Source: an uncultured Alphaproteobacteria bacterium (GTDB lineage: Bacteria; Pseudomonadota; Alphaproteobacteria; Sphingomonadales; Sphingomonadaceae). From it: 64,000 nt of DNA. The stretch covers positions 405,215 to 469,214 of the forward strand of contig CAVXIF010000011.1 in NCBI GenBank assembly GCA_963761775.1, written 5' to 3'. How positions within the stretch are numbered: the stretch's first letter is position 1; each line of letters begins with the position of its first letter. The notes under the pieces were generated by a model. It made no database searches, was not told where the DNA came from, and was given only the letters and a program-made list of their open reading frames with translations. This document shows, piece after piece, positions 21,012-30,996 of the stretch. Position numbers and translations under genes: made by a program.

Positions 21012-21680
21012 TCAGCCCCATTTGCGGGTGCGGTACCACTTGGTGATGATGTACTTCTTGCCCGCCAGCACCGGCGTTCCGGCGTGGATCGTATCCTCGT
21101 TGCAGATGCCCGACGGGTCCGCGTTGTTCCATGCCAGCAGCGCGCCCGGTTGCGGTGCAATGGCGAGGCCCGCATTGGTGAAATGCGTGTCGCCGCCTTC
21201 CTCCACCGCGTTCAGGAACGCCATCGCGGTCCAGCTGCGCTGCCCGCCGCGCTTGCGCTCCACTTTCCAGTATTCCTCTTCGGGATAGAACCAGTCGTTG
21301 TGTGGCTTGAACTCCTGCCCCGGCAGATAGCGCTGCCCCTGCACCGCCTCGCCCGTCTCGGCTTTCAAGCCCAGTAAATCGTCGATACGCCGCGAGATGC
21401 CTTTGACCAGTGGTTCATGCGGGTCAAGATCGCTGGAAAACGATGTACGGAACCCGCTGCCGTAATCCACCTTGAACAGCGCGCTCGGCTTGGCGATAGC
21501 GTCGATCATATCGACCAGCCGCGCGCATTCGTCTGCGGTCAGGAAGTCGCCGAAGCCGTACAACTCCAGCTTATCGGTCGGCACCCGATAGGCGCGCGGG
21601 TCGTCGCCAAGGCGGTTGCGGACGGCGGCGCCGTTGCGTTTCAGCGCGTCGCGGTCGGGAGCGGTTTTGGTCTTCGGCAT
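21012..21680 (-). CDS. 2OG-Fe(II) oxygenase (prolyl 4-hydroxylase-like)
   Basis: F.PHNDWF (His-x-Asp), GGDTHF, and HAGTPV..GKKYIITKW, typical of the P4H/2OG-Fe(II) fold. Confidence 0.7.
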   Translation of the reverse strand: MPKTKTAPDRDALKRNGAAVRNRLGDDPRAYRVPTDKLELYGFGDFLTADECARLVDMIDAIAKPSALFKVDYGSGFRTSFSSDLDPHEPLVKGISRRIDDLLGLKAETGEAVQGQRYLPGQEFKPHNDWFYPEEEYWKVERKRGGQRSWTAMAFLNAVEEGGDTHFTNAGLAIAPQPGALLAWNNADPSGICNEDTIHAGTPVLAGKKYIITKWYRTRKWG

Positions 21681-21745
21681 GATGGCCGAAGTGCTAAACC
21701 CCCGCCTGGCGGTGCGCAAGCGGGGGTTCGGCGGGTCAGGTCGGC

Positions 21746-22661
21746 TCAGTAAAAGAAGTCGTAGATCACATCGACCACGCGGCCGTTATACGTGTTCACC
21801 AGCACGACATCGTCGTAGTAACGGATCCAGCGATAGTCGCCATAGACCGCCGGGAGGCGATAGCGCCACGGGTCGTTGATCCAGTACCGGCTGCCGAAGA
21901 ACAGGTTGCCGAGCTGGAACCCGACATTGAACCGGCGGTAGTTATAGCCGCGATAGGGTGCGTAATACCGGCCGACACTGAAGATGTTGCTGTTATAACG
22001 GCGATGGTTGCGCCAGTTATACCGCGCATTGTTGCGCCAGGCGTTACGGTTCCAAGCACGATACTGACGCCTTTCGAACCGGCGGTCTGTCCCTGCGGTC
22101 CGCCCGCCGTTCTGCTTGGCGGAAATCCCTGCGACGCTCCACACGCCTGTCGAACCGGCGGTCGGCCTGGCGTTCCGCTACGGTGTAGCTGCGGTTGCGA
22201 CGCTGATCGACATATGTGTTATTGCGCTGCCGGTTCTCGAAACGACGATCCTGACGGCGTTCGACACGACGATCCTGGCGGTTCTCGAAACGGCGATCCT
22301 GACGTCGTTCGGCGCGACCATCCTGACGGTTCTCGAACCGGGCGTCCTGCCGACGTTCGGCACGGCGATCCTGACGCGCTTCGCCACGATCGTTCCGGAA
22401 ACGGGCCGGGGCCTGCACATCGCGCGGTTGCTGAGCACGCTGCGGCGCAACGGCCGCACGGTCCGCGCGGCGGTTCTGGCGGGCCTGCTGACGCGTGGCG
22501 CGCCTCGCCTCACGCGCTTGATTGTTCCCGCGATCGGCGCGCTGCTGCTCGGCAACTGCGGCTGTCGCGGCGGCCTCGGCCTGCGCTGGGACGGCGGCAA
22601 ACGCCATCGCCATCGCGAGCGCCGAGGCACTGCCTGCGGTAAGTAAATCCTTGAAAGTCAT
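21746..22661 (-). pseudogene. Exported protein: Arg/Asp/Gln/Glu-rich repeat tract plus RcnB-like C-terminal domain, one frame break (~22085-22100)
   Basis: Signal peptide MTFKDLLTAGSASALAMAMAFAAVPAQA, then RAERRQD.RFENRQD repeats (ORF 22044-22661). The C-terminus is in ORF 21746-22144 (YRLPAVYGDYRWIRYYDDVVLVNTYNGRVVDVIYDFFY), resembling RcnB-type domains. Confidence 0.6.
22221..22364 (-). repeat. Three tandem 48-nt (16-aa) coding repeats
   Basis: RAERRQDARFENRQDG / RAERRQDRRFENRQDR / RVERRQDRRFENRQRN. Confidence 0.75.
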
Positions 22662-22809
22662 GTTCGTCTCCGCTGGTTTGCGCCGCGTCCCACTGCGCGT
22701 TTCCCGTCTTGGTAAAGACCGTGTTAGGGATGCTGCACTGACCGGATACTGAACCGGTCGTTTCGGTTTCTGTTAATGTTCATATAGCGGAACCTGAATG
22801 AACTGACGA

Positions 22810-23415
22810 TTGACAGGGCAGGGCCATACTTCGATGGCACGCCACATGCTGGACAATTTCGACGACATTCGCGCCGACATCGACACCCGCCTCGCCGCCG
22901 CGGCGACCAACCGCCGCAGCTCGTTTCACACCCCGGTTGTGGGCACCGAAGATGGCGATCTGCGGGTCATGGTACTGCGCCATTACGACGCCGCGAGCCG
23001 CACCCTGCGCTTCCACACCGACAGCCGCGCGCCGAAAGCGGGGCTGGTCGGCGAAGGCGCGCCGGTCGGCGTGCTCTTCTACGACAAGGCCGAAAAGCTG
23101 CAGATCCGCTGTCGGGGCGAGGGGCGCATCGTGCGAACTGGCGATGCGGTGGATGCCGCGTGGCAGGCCAGCAGTAATTTCGCGCGCCGCTGCTACCTCG
23201 GCGAAGGACCGGGCGCGGTGTCGGACGAACCGACATCGGGCCTCCCCCAGCAATTCGAAGGCAGCGAACCCAGCGACGCGGAGCTGGTCCCGGCGCGCGA
23301 GAATTTTGCGCTGCTACTGGTCAAGGTAACCAGCTTCGACTGGTTCAGCCTTGCGCATACGGGCCATCGCCGGGCTGTGCTCGATGCGGATGGGGCGCGG
23401 TGGGTGTCTCCTTAA
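22810..23415 (+). CDS. Pyridoxamine 5'-phosphate oxidase-like FMN-binding protein
   Basis: FHTPVVGT..DLRVMVLR......LRFHTDSR..K........V.VLFY........QIR..G is the split-barrel PNPOx pattern. Confidence 0.65.
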   Translation: MTGQGHTSMARHMLDNFDDIRADIDTRLAAAATNRRSSFHTPVVGTEDGDLRVMVLRHYDAASRTLRFHTDSRAPKAGLVGEGAPVGVLFYDKAEKLQIRCRGEGRIVRTGDAVDAAWQASSNFARRCYLGEGPGAVSDEPTSGLPQQFEGSEPSDAELVPARENFALLLVKVTSFDWFSLAHTGHRRAVLDADGARWVSP

Positions 23416-23570
23416 CTGGTTGATGAAGTACATTCGGGATGGTTGGTTCAAAGAACGCGAACTTCCAGACTTCAAATAACATATTTCGATTGGCGAAAAG
23501 CGGACAAGTCAGGAGTAGCACCTTGTCTGCGTGTAGGAAAATACAAATGGCGCGGTTTCTTTAACTAAAG

Positions 23571-24050
23571 GTCATCCCGAGCAGCGCCTCCCACGCGTCA
23601 TCCCGGACTTGATCCAGGATCCAGCTTTCTTCAGCCGCGGTGCTCAAAGGAGCTGGACCCCGGATCGAGTCTAGAGTGATGAGGTGAGAAGCGAAGTAGT
23701 TGAGAACGTTGCGGCCAGACCGTTCACTTTACAACCCGTTCGAGTTGAGCCCTTCGAAGCCTTGTTCTATTTTCGGGCGTTGCGCTGAAGGCGAAGTGCA
23801 GCCCTTCGACAAGCTCGGGACGAACGGGGTTTTGCGTCATTCCACCGCCGAGCCGGGATGCCGCTAGCTCCGAGCGGTGTGGCAGAAAAAGCTGGACGCC
23901 GGATCCAGTCCAAGGTGACGATGAAGTAATAGTGCCACCGTGCCGATAACGTCATCCCGGCCCCCGAGTCAGGATCAAGCTACCTTCCCGCGTTTCGCAG
24001 GTGAAATCCGGTTGCCGGCTCAAGTCCAGGATGGCGGCGAAGCGCTGATA
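23571..24050. repeat. Cluster of nested REP/MITE-like imperfect palindromes
   Basis: Units of the type GTCATCCCGG...CCGGATC..GTGA(C/T)G occur at ~23571, ~23597-23682, ~23834-23930 and ~23950-24035. There is also a CCCGTTCG...GCCCTTCGACAAGCTCGGGACGAACGGGG inverted repeat at ~23734-23830. The region has no credible ORF. Confidence 0.65.
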
Positions 24051-24082
24051 GCCGGACCGTTTCGTGGGCCCCTAAAGTGCGT

Positions 24083-25756
<1,674 letters not shown>

Positions 25757-25883
25757 CGGATGGTTCCTTCGGGGTATCTGAAACTGTGTGAAACTGTTGG
25801 CCGGACAGATAGGGCGCGGCGGCGCGGCGGGCAAGGTTCGCGCGTGGTTGCATGGGAGCGGGCGGGGCCGCATAGCCGCGCGC

Positions 25884-26833
25884 ATGGACATCGTCGTCAT
25901 CGGGGCCGGAATGGCCGGACTTTCCTGCGCGGAACGGTTGCTGGAACAGGGGCACGCGGTGCGCGTGTTCGACAAGGGGCGCGGGCCGGGCGGGCGCATG
26001 TCGACACGGCGGATGGAAGTTGACGGGCAACGCTTCATTTCGACCACGGCGCACCGTTCTTCGATGTGCGCGATGCGGCTTTGCTGCGCGGGTGGCGGAA
26101 TGGGAGGCGGACGGGCGTGGTGGCACGCTGGCCGGCAGCTGGCGCGGATGCCTGGGTCGGCACACCGGCGATGAATGCGCCGGTGCGCGCAATGGCGGAG
26201 CGGTGCGGTGCGGTGTTCGGCACGCGGGCGGAGCGGCTGGAACGGAATGGTTCCGGCTGGCAAATCGCGTTCGAGAATGGCGAGACAACCGGTTGCGATG
26301 CGGTGGTCGTCGCAATTCCGGCAGAGCAGGCGGGCGTGCTGTTGGCCGAAGTCGCCCCCGATTTTGCGGCGCTGGCGCGGGGCGTGGTGTCCGATCCGTG
26401 CTGGACGCTGATGGCGCGTTTTGCGGAACGGGTGCCGGTCGGGGCGGACCTGCTGGTGGCGGATGCGAAGCTGAACTGGGCGGTCCGCAATAGCGCCAAG
26501 CCAGGGCGCGATGCGGCGCGCGAATGCTGGGTGGTGCAAGCGGGTGCCGACTGGTCGCGGCGTCATCTCGAAAATTCGCGGGAGGAGGTGGCGGAGCGGC
26601 TGCTTGCGGTGTTCGCCGAACGGGCAGGGTGCGCGCTGTCGCCGCCGGTGGCCATGCAGGCGCATCGCTGGCGCTATTCGCAGGTGCAGGATGCGGCGAA
26701 AGGTCCGCTGTGGGATACGGAGGCGCGCATCGGCGCGTGCGGCGACTGGCTGGCGGGGGGCGATGTGGAAGGCGCGTTTCTGGCGGGAAGTGAAGTGGCG
26801 AAGCGGATTGGCAGCGCGCGCAATCCGCGATAG
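25884..26833 (+). pseudogene. NAD(P)/FAD-dependent oxidoreductase (renalase-like, COG3380-type), about three frame breaks within 26030-26120
   Basis: MDIVVIGAGMAGLSCA Rossmann motif and DKGRGPGGRMSTRR. The chain then reads FDHGAPFFDVRDAALL and EWEADGR in other frames. The main body, ORF 26066-26833, ends GDW..GG.VEGA..SG. Confidence 0.7.
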
Positions 26834-26843
26834 CTAGGCGGAC

Positions 26844-28226
26844 ATGATGAAACCGCTCCTCGCATTCGCCGCCCTGACCCTTCCGATCGCCGCGCACGCC
26901 ACGCTTCGGCCACCGCCCGCGACGCTGGAAGCGGCAGCGGACAGGGCGCTCGACAGCGACACGATTGCCTACGATTTCGTGGAAGGCATCACCACAGAAG
27001 TCGGCCCGCGACAGGCGGGGACCGAAGCGGAAGCGCGCGGCGCGGATCTGGGCGATGGCGTGGCTGAAACCGGCATGGTTTCGCAGAATGTCGCAAACGA
27101 ACCGTTCGAGATGCAGACGTGGGTGCCGGGCGACATGCACCGCGCCGAAATCGTCAGCCCGTTCCCGCAACCGCTGGTGATCCAGCCGCTCGGCAACAGC
27201 GCCTCCACCGGCGCGGACGGTATCACGGCCGAAGTCGTGATGTTCGAGAACGTCGCGGCACTGTCCGCGGCACCGGCGGGCAGCCTGGCGGGCAAGATCG
27301 CCTATATCTCGCACAGCATGACCGTGACGCAGGATGGCTCGCAATACGGATTTGCCGGACCTGCGCGCTGGGTCGGTGCGGGGATCGCGGCGCAGAAGGG
27401 CGCGCTGGCGACGGTCATCAAGTCGGTCGGAACCGACTATCACCGCAACCCCCATACCGGCGGCACCGGCTTTCCCGAAGGCGTGACGCGCACGCCTGCT
27501 GGCGCGCTGCCGCTGCCCGATGCGGAGAACCTGGAGCGCATGTTCGCGCGCGCCGGCGATCGGCCCATCACGATGAAGCTGACGCTGACGCCGCAGGATC
27601 TGGGCACCACGATGAGCGGCAATGTCGTCGGCGAGATCGTCGGGCGCGACCCGTCGCTGCCGCCGGTGCTGATCGCGTGCCACCTCGATAGCTGGTGGAA
27701 TGCGCCCGGTGCGTTCGACGATGGTGCCGGATGCGGCATCGTGGCGGCGGCAGCGAAGCATGTCGAAAGCTATGGCCAGCCGCTGCGCACTATCCGCGTG
27801 CTGTTCGCAGGCGCGGAGGAAACCGGCCTGTGGGGTAGCAAAGCCTATTCCGCCGCGCATATCGACGAGCCGATCGCCGTCGGGATCGAAAGCGATTTCG
27901 GCGCGGACCGCATCTGGCAGTTCCAGAGCAATTTCGGCACCACAAATCCGGACCTCTACAAGCGGATTGCCAGCGCTGTCGCGCGGTTCGGTGTATCGCC
28001 CACCACCATCGTCGCAACGGGCGGGGCGGACCTCAATATCGTGCGCGACCAGGGCGGGGCGCTGATCGATTTGCAACAGGACGGCACCCGCTATTTCGAC
28101 CTGCACCACACGCCCGACGATACGCTGGACAAGATCGACCCCGTGCAACTGCGCCAGAACGTTGCGGTGTACACACAGGTGGTCGGTATTCTCGCCAACT
28201 ATCCCGAGCCGATCACGGCGGACTGA
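26844..28226 (+). CDS. M28 family metallopeptidase (aminopeptidase with PA-like insert)
   Basis: Signal peptide, CHLDSW, FDDGAGCG, FAGAEETGLWGSKAY and DLHHTPDDTLDKI are zinc-ligand motifs of M28. Confidence 0.8.
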   Translation: MMKPLLAFAALTLPIAAHATLRPPPATLEAAADRALDSDTIAYDFVEGITTEVGPRQAGTEAEARGADLGDGVAETGMVSQNVANEPFEMQTWVPGDMHRAEIVSPFPQPLVIQPLGNSASTGADGITAEVVMFENVAALSAAPAGSLAGKIAYISHSMTVTQDGSQYGFAGPARWVGAGIAAQKGALATVIKSVGTDYHRNPHTGGTGFPEGVTRTPAGALPLPDAENLERMFARAGDRPITMKLTLTPQDLGTTMSGNVVGEIVGRDPSLPPVLIACHLDSWWNAPGAFDDGAGCGIVAAAAKHVESYGQPLRTIRVLFAGAEETGLWGSKAYSAAHIDEPIAVGIESDFGADRIWQFQSNFGTTNPDLYKRIASAVARFGVSPTTIVATGGADLNIVRDQGGALIDLQQDGTRYFDLHHTPDDTLDKIDPVQLRQNVAVYTQVVGILANYPEPITAD

Positions 28227-29571
28227 ACCCGGTTTTCAGCAGGCGCGGCAACAGCAGCGCCTGCGCCACCGCACGCGCGACCAGGAACGCGGTAAAGCTA
28301 AGCCACAGTCCGGTGTTGCCCATCTGCCAGGTCAGCCACAGCGCGGCGGCATAAACGACCACCGCCACCAGCATCGTGGCGAGCAGGGCGCGCGTCCAGC
28401 TCGACCCGACGAACACGCCGTCGAACACGAAGCCCGCGACGCCTGCGAACGGAATCACCACCAGCCAGCCCCCTTGCGCCTGCGCAGCGGCAGCCACCGC
28501 GTCGGTCGCGGCGAAATTCGCCAGCAGCGGATCGGCGAACAGCGCGAAACCCAAAGCCACGACGCACGCCGCCGCAAACCCGCGCCACAACGTCGCACGG
28601 ATAACCGCGACGAAGCCCGCCCGGTCGCGCGCGCCGAAGCGTTCGCCGTTCAGCACTTGCGCAGCATTCTCGAACCCGTCGAGCAGCAGCGCGGTCAGCA
28701 CGAACATCTGATACAGGATGCCGTTCGCCGCCAGCACCACCGCGCCTTGCTCCGCCGAAAGCCGCGTCAAGGCGGCCAGCGCCAGCATCAGCACCACCGT
28801 CCGCAGGAACAGGTCGCGATTGACGGAGAGAAACGGACGCAGCGCCTCCCATCCGATGCCGGTTCCTTGCCGCAGCGCCGTACACACCGCTGCGCCAACC
28901 GTACCGCGAAACACGAACGCCGCAACCAGCGCGAGCTTGCCGTATTCCGCGATGAAGCTGGACCAGCCGATGCCTGCAATGCCGAAATCCAGCGCCAGCA
29001 CGAACCACAGGCCCAGCGCGATATTGGCGAGGTTATAGATAACCTCGAACACCAGCACCGCCGTCATCCGCCGCTGTCCGACAAGAAAACCGATCAGCGC
29101 CAGGTTCGCCATCACGGCGGGCGCGGTCCAGTACCGGATTTCGGCATAGGTCCGCGCCGCGCGCAATACCTCGCCCTGCGCGCCCAGAGCTTCCAGCATT
29201 GCGGGCAGCAGCACGGGCTTTGCCGCCAGCAGCACCGCCGCGATGGCGAGGCCGACGAACAGGCCGCGCACCAGCACCTCCGCCTGTGCCGCGACCGCCC
29301 CGTCGGGTCCGGCGCGGGTACCCGCTTGCGCGACCAGTCCGGTAGTGCCGGTCTTGAGGAAGTTCATCACGGTAAACAGCACGGCGAACAGCCGCGCGCC
29401 GATATCGACTGCACCCTGAACCGCCGCATCGTTCAGCCGCGCGACCACCCACATGTCGCCAAGCCCGATCAGCGCGGTGGCGACATTGGTGACCATCGCC
29501 GGGATTGCGATGGCCCAGATTATGCGGGGATCGACGCGCGTGGTTGATGCGGCGTTGGTCGAAGACGGCAC
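28213..29571 (-). CDS. MATE family efflux transporter
   Basis: About 12 TM segments and a duplicated MatE pattern ([10 protein letters not shown]...; VNRDLFLRT...). The ORF runs upstream across a tRNA gene, so I chose the GTG start at 29571 ([26 protein letters not shown]). Confidence 0.75.
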   Translation of the reverse strand: MPSSTNAASTTRVDPRIIWAIAIPAMVTNVATALIGLGDMWVVARLNDAAVQGAVDIGARLFAVLFTVMNFLKTGTTGLVAQAGTRAGPDGAVAAQAEVLVRGLFVGLAIAAVLLAAKPVLLPAMLEALGAQGEVLRAARTYAEIRYWTAPAVMANLALIGFLVGQRRMTAVLVFEVIYNLANIALGLWFVLALDFGIAGIGWSSFIAEYGKLALVAAFVFRGTVGAAVCTALRQGTGIGWEALRPFLSVNRDLFLRTVVLMLALAALTRLSAEQGAVVLAANGILYQMFVLTALLLDGFENAAQVLNGERFGARDRAGFVAVIRATLWRGFAAACVVALGFALFADPLLANFAATDAVAAAAQAQGGWLVVIPFAGVAGFVFDGVFVGSSWTRALLATMLVAVVVYAAALWLTWQMGNTGLWLSFTAFLVARAVAQALLLPRLLKTGFSPP

Positions 29572-29618
29572 GGTTATGCCCTTCCGCTGTGCCACGCCGG
29601 TGCGGCAGGTTTCACAGT

Positions 29619-29695
29619 TGGTCGGGAAGAGAGGATTCGAACCTCCGACCCCCTGTACCCAAAACAGGTGCGCTACCAGGCTGCGCCACTTCCCG
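29619..29695 (-). tRNA. tRNA-Pro (anticodon TGG)
   Basis: CGGGAAGTGGCGCAGCCTGGTAGCGCACCTGTTTTGGGTACAGGGGGTCGGAGGTTCGAATCCTCTCTTCCCGACCA folds as a cloverleaf. The anticodon loop is TTTGGGT and CCA is encoded. Confidence 0.92.
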
Positions 29696-29752
29696 ACCCT
29701 GTGATGCGCCGATGCTGCGTCCCGGCCGGTTGGCTTCACCGGATTGGCATCC

Positions 29753-29828
29753 GGTGGGCCCGGAGGGACTCGAACCCCCGACCTAGCCGTTATGAGCGGC
29801 CAGCTCTAACCAACTGAGCTACAGGCCC
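29753..29828 (-). tRNA. tRNA with CAT anticodon (elongator Met, or Ile2 read via lysidine)
   Basis: GGGCCTGTAGCTCAGTTGGTTAGAGCTGGCCGCTCATAACGGCTAGGTCGGGGGTTCGAGTCCCTCCGGGCCCA. The anticodon loop is CTCATAA. It is not initiator-like (G1-C72 pair). The 3' CCA is not fully encoded (ACCG). Confidence 0.88.
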
Positions 29829-29925
29829 CCGAAGTGCCATGTCCGGAATACCGGACCGACCATGCGGAGCAGCGCGAAGGGCGCGTTAGCTGGCCCGATG
29901 CGGCAGGGCAAGCGTTGTGCGTGTG

Positions 29926-30942
29926 TTACCTTACGATTGCGTCGCTAATGTCGGCGATGGATGTCGGCGCGACATTGCGCATGGCGAGATAGGCATACAC
30001 GCGCCGCCACCAGTCATACAACGCCTCGACATCGGCCTCGCTGCGCACATAGGGCGTGTTGCCCGGCGCGAGCGAGGGGCTGTGGAAGCTGAACACCAGC
30101 AGCGGCAGCCCGTCGTCCAGCGCCATGTCGATGCCGCGAATGGCCTCCTCCACACCGACCCCTTCGGGCGTCAGCGGAATACGTTCAAGCAACCCGGTGC
30201 GCGCCAGCAGACCGGGCAGGCGCGGCACCCCCGCGGCGAGGCGGTTGAGGCCCGTACCCTGTCGCCGCAACACGCCCCAATAGGTCGTGGTGACCGGCAG
30301 TTCGAGCAGGCGTTGTTCGGCATCGATCCAGTAAGGATGCAGCGGATGCGCGCTGTAATCGGGGCCCCCCGCCGCCGTGTAATCGAAATGCGTGCGGACC
30401 GATGTGTCCATCGCGATGCCGCCATCGATCAGCATCTGGGCGGTGTCGTCGCCCAGCCCGTAACGCCCCGCGCGATAGCTCAGCGGTGCGACGCCGAACC
30501 CCTCGGCAATCGCATCGCGTAGCCGGTTGAACTTGTCACGCTCCAGCGCGGGCGGCAGGTTTCCGGCGAAGCTGTTTGTCTCGTTTACGGTTTCCTCGTG
30601 CGGCGGGTTCACCCACGGATGCAATTGCACGCCTACTTCCGCGCGTCCGGCGGTGATCGCGGGGCCAAGGATTTCTTGCGCCGCCTGCGACGTGGCGACC
30701 GGCCAGTCCACAAGGTATAACGGCACGACTCCCAACTCTTCGCAAAACGCCTGAAACCGGGCGAGTTGTGGCAAGTGGGTCAGGCTGCGATTGTCGCGGT
30801 CGAAGGGCTGCGACCAGTCGAATTCCTCTTCGGTATCGACAGTCAGCAATGCGCGCTGCCCGAAGCCGGGTGCAAAAGTTGCACGGGCTTCCGGTGATGG
30901 TGGATCGCGCATCGACCGCATCGTTTGCACCGCCCCGTTCAA
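29926..30942 (-). CDS. Polysaccharide deacetylase family protein (NodB-fold, WalW-like)
   Basis: LLTVDTEEEFDW, GVQLHPWVNPP and SYRAGRYG, as I recall for this deacetylase subgroup. Confidence 0.65.
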   Translation of the reverse strand: MNGAVQTMRSMRDPPSPEARATFAPGFGQRALLTVDTEEEFDWSQPFDRDNRSLTHLPQLARFQAFCEELGVVPLYLVDWPVATSQAAQEILGPAITAGRAEVGVQLHPWVNPPHEETVNETNSFAGNLPPALERDKFNRLRDAIAEGFGVAPLSYRAGRYGLGDDTAQMLIDGGIAMDTSVRTHFDYTAAGGPDYSAHPLHPYWIDAEQRLLELPVTTTYWGVLRRQGTGLNRLAAGVPRLPGLLARTGLLERIPLTPEGVGVEEAIRGIDMALDDGLPLLVFSFHSPSLAPGNTPYVRSEADVEALYDWWRRVYAYLAMRNVAPTSIADISDAIVR

Positions 30943-30996
30943 TTCCCGCCCCGTTCAATCCCCGCCACACCTGCGAGCCGCCGGTCATGCGGTTGC

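Noticed and set aside
25757-26665. N-terminal 300-aa extension of the ettA ORF (ORF 24083-26665, 860 aa).
   Set aside because: The extension is Pro/Arg-rich with no motifs and overlaps the oxidoreductase gene on the other strand. A canonical EttA N-terminus (MAAQYAYVMKS) with a good SD begins at 25756.
29572-29739. Upstream extension of the MATE transporter ORF to 29739.
   Set aside because: It would read through the tRNA-Pro(TGG) gene (29619-29695) on the same strand. A GTG at 29571 gives a normal MATE N-terminus.
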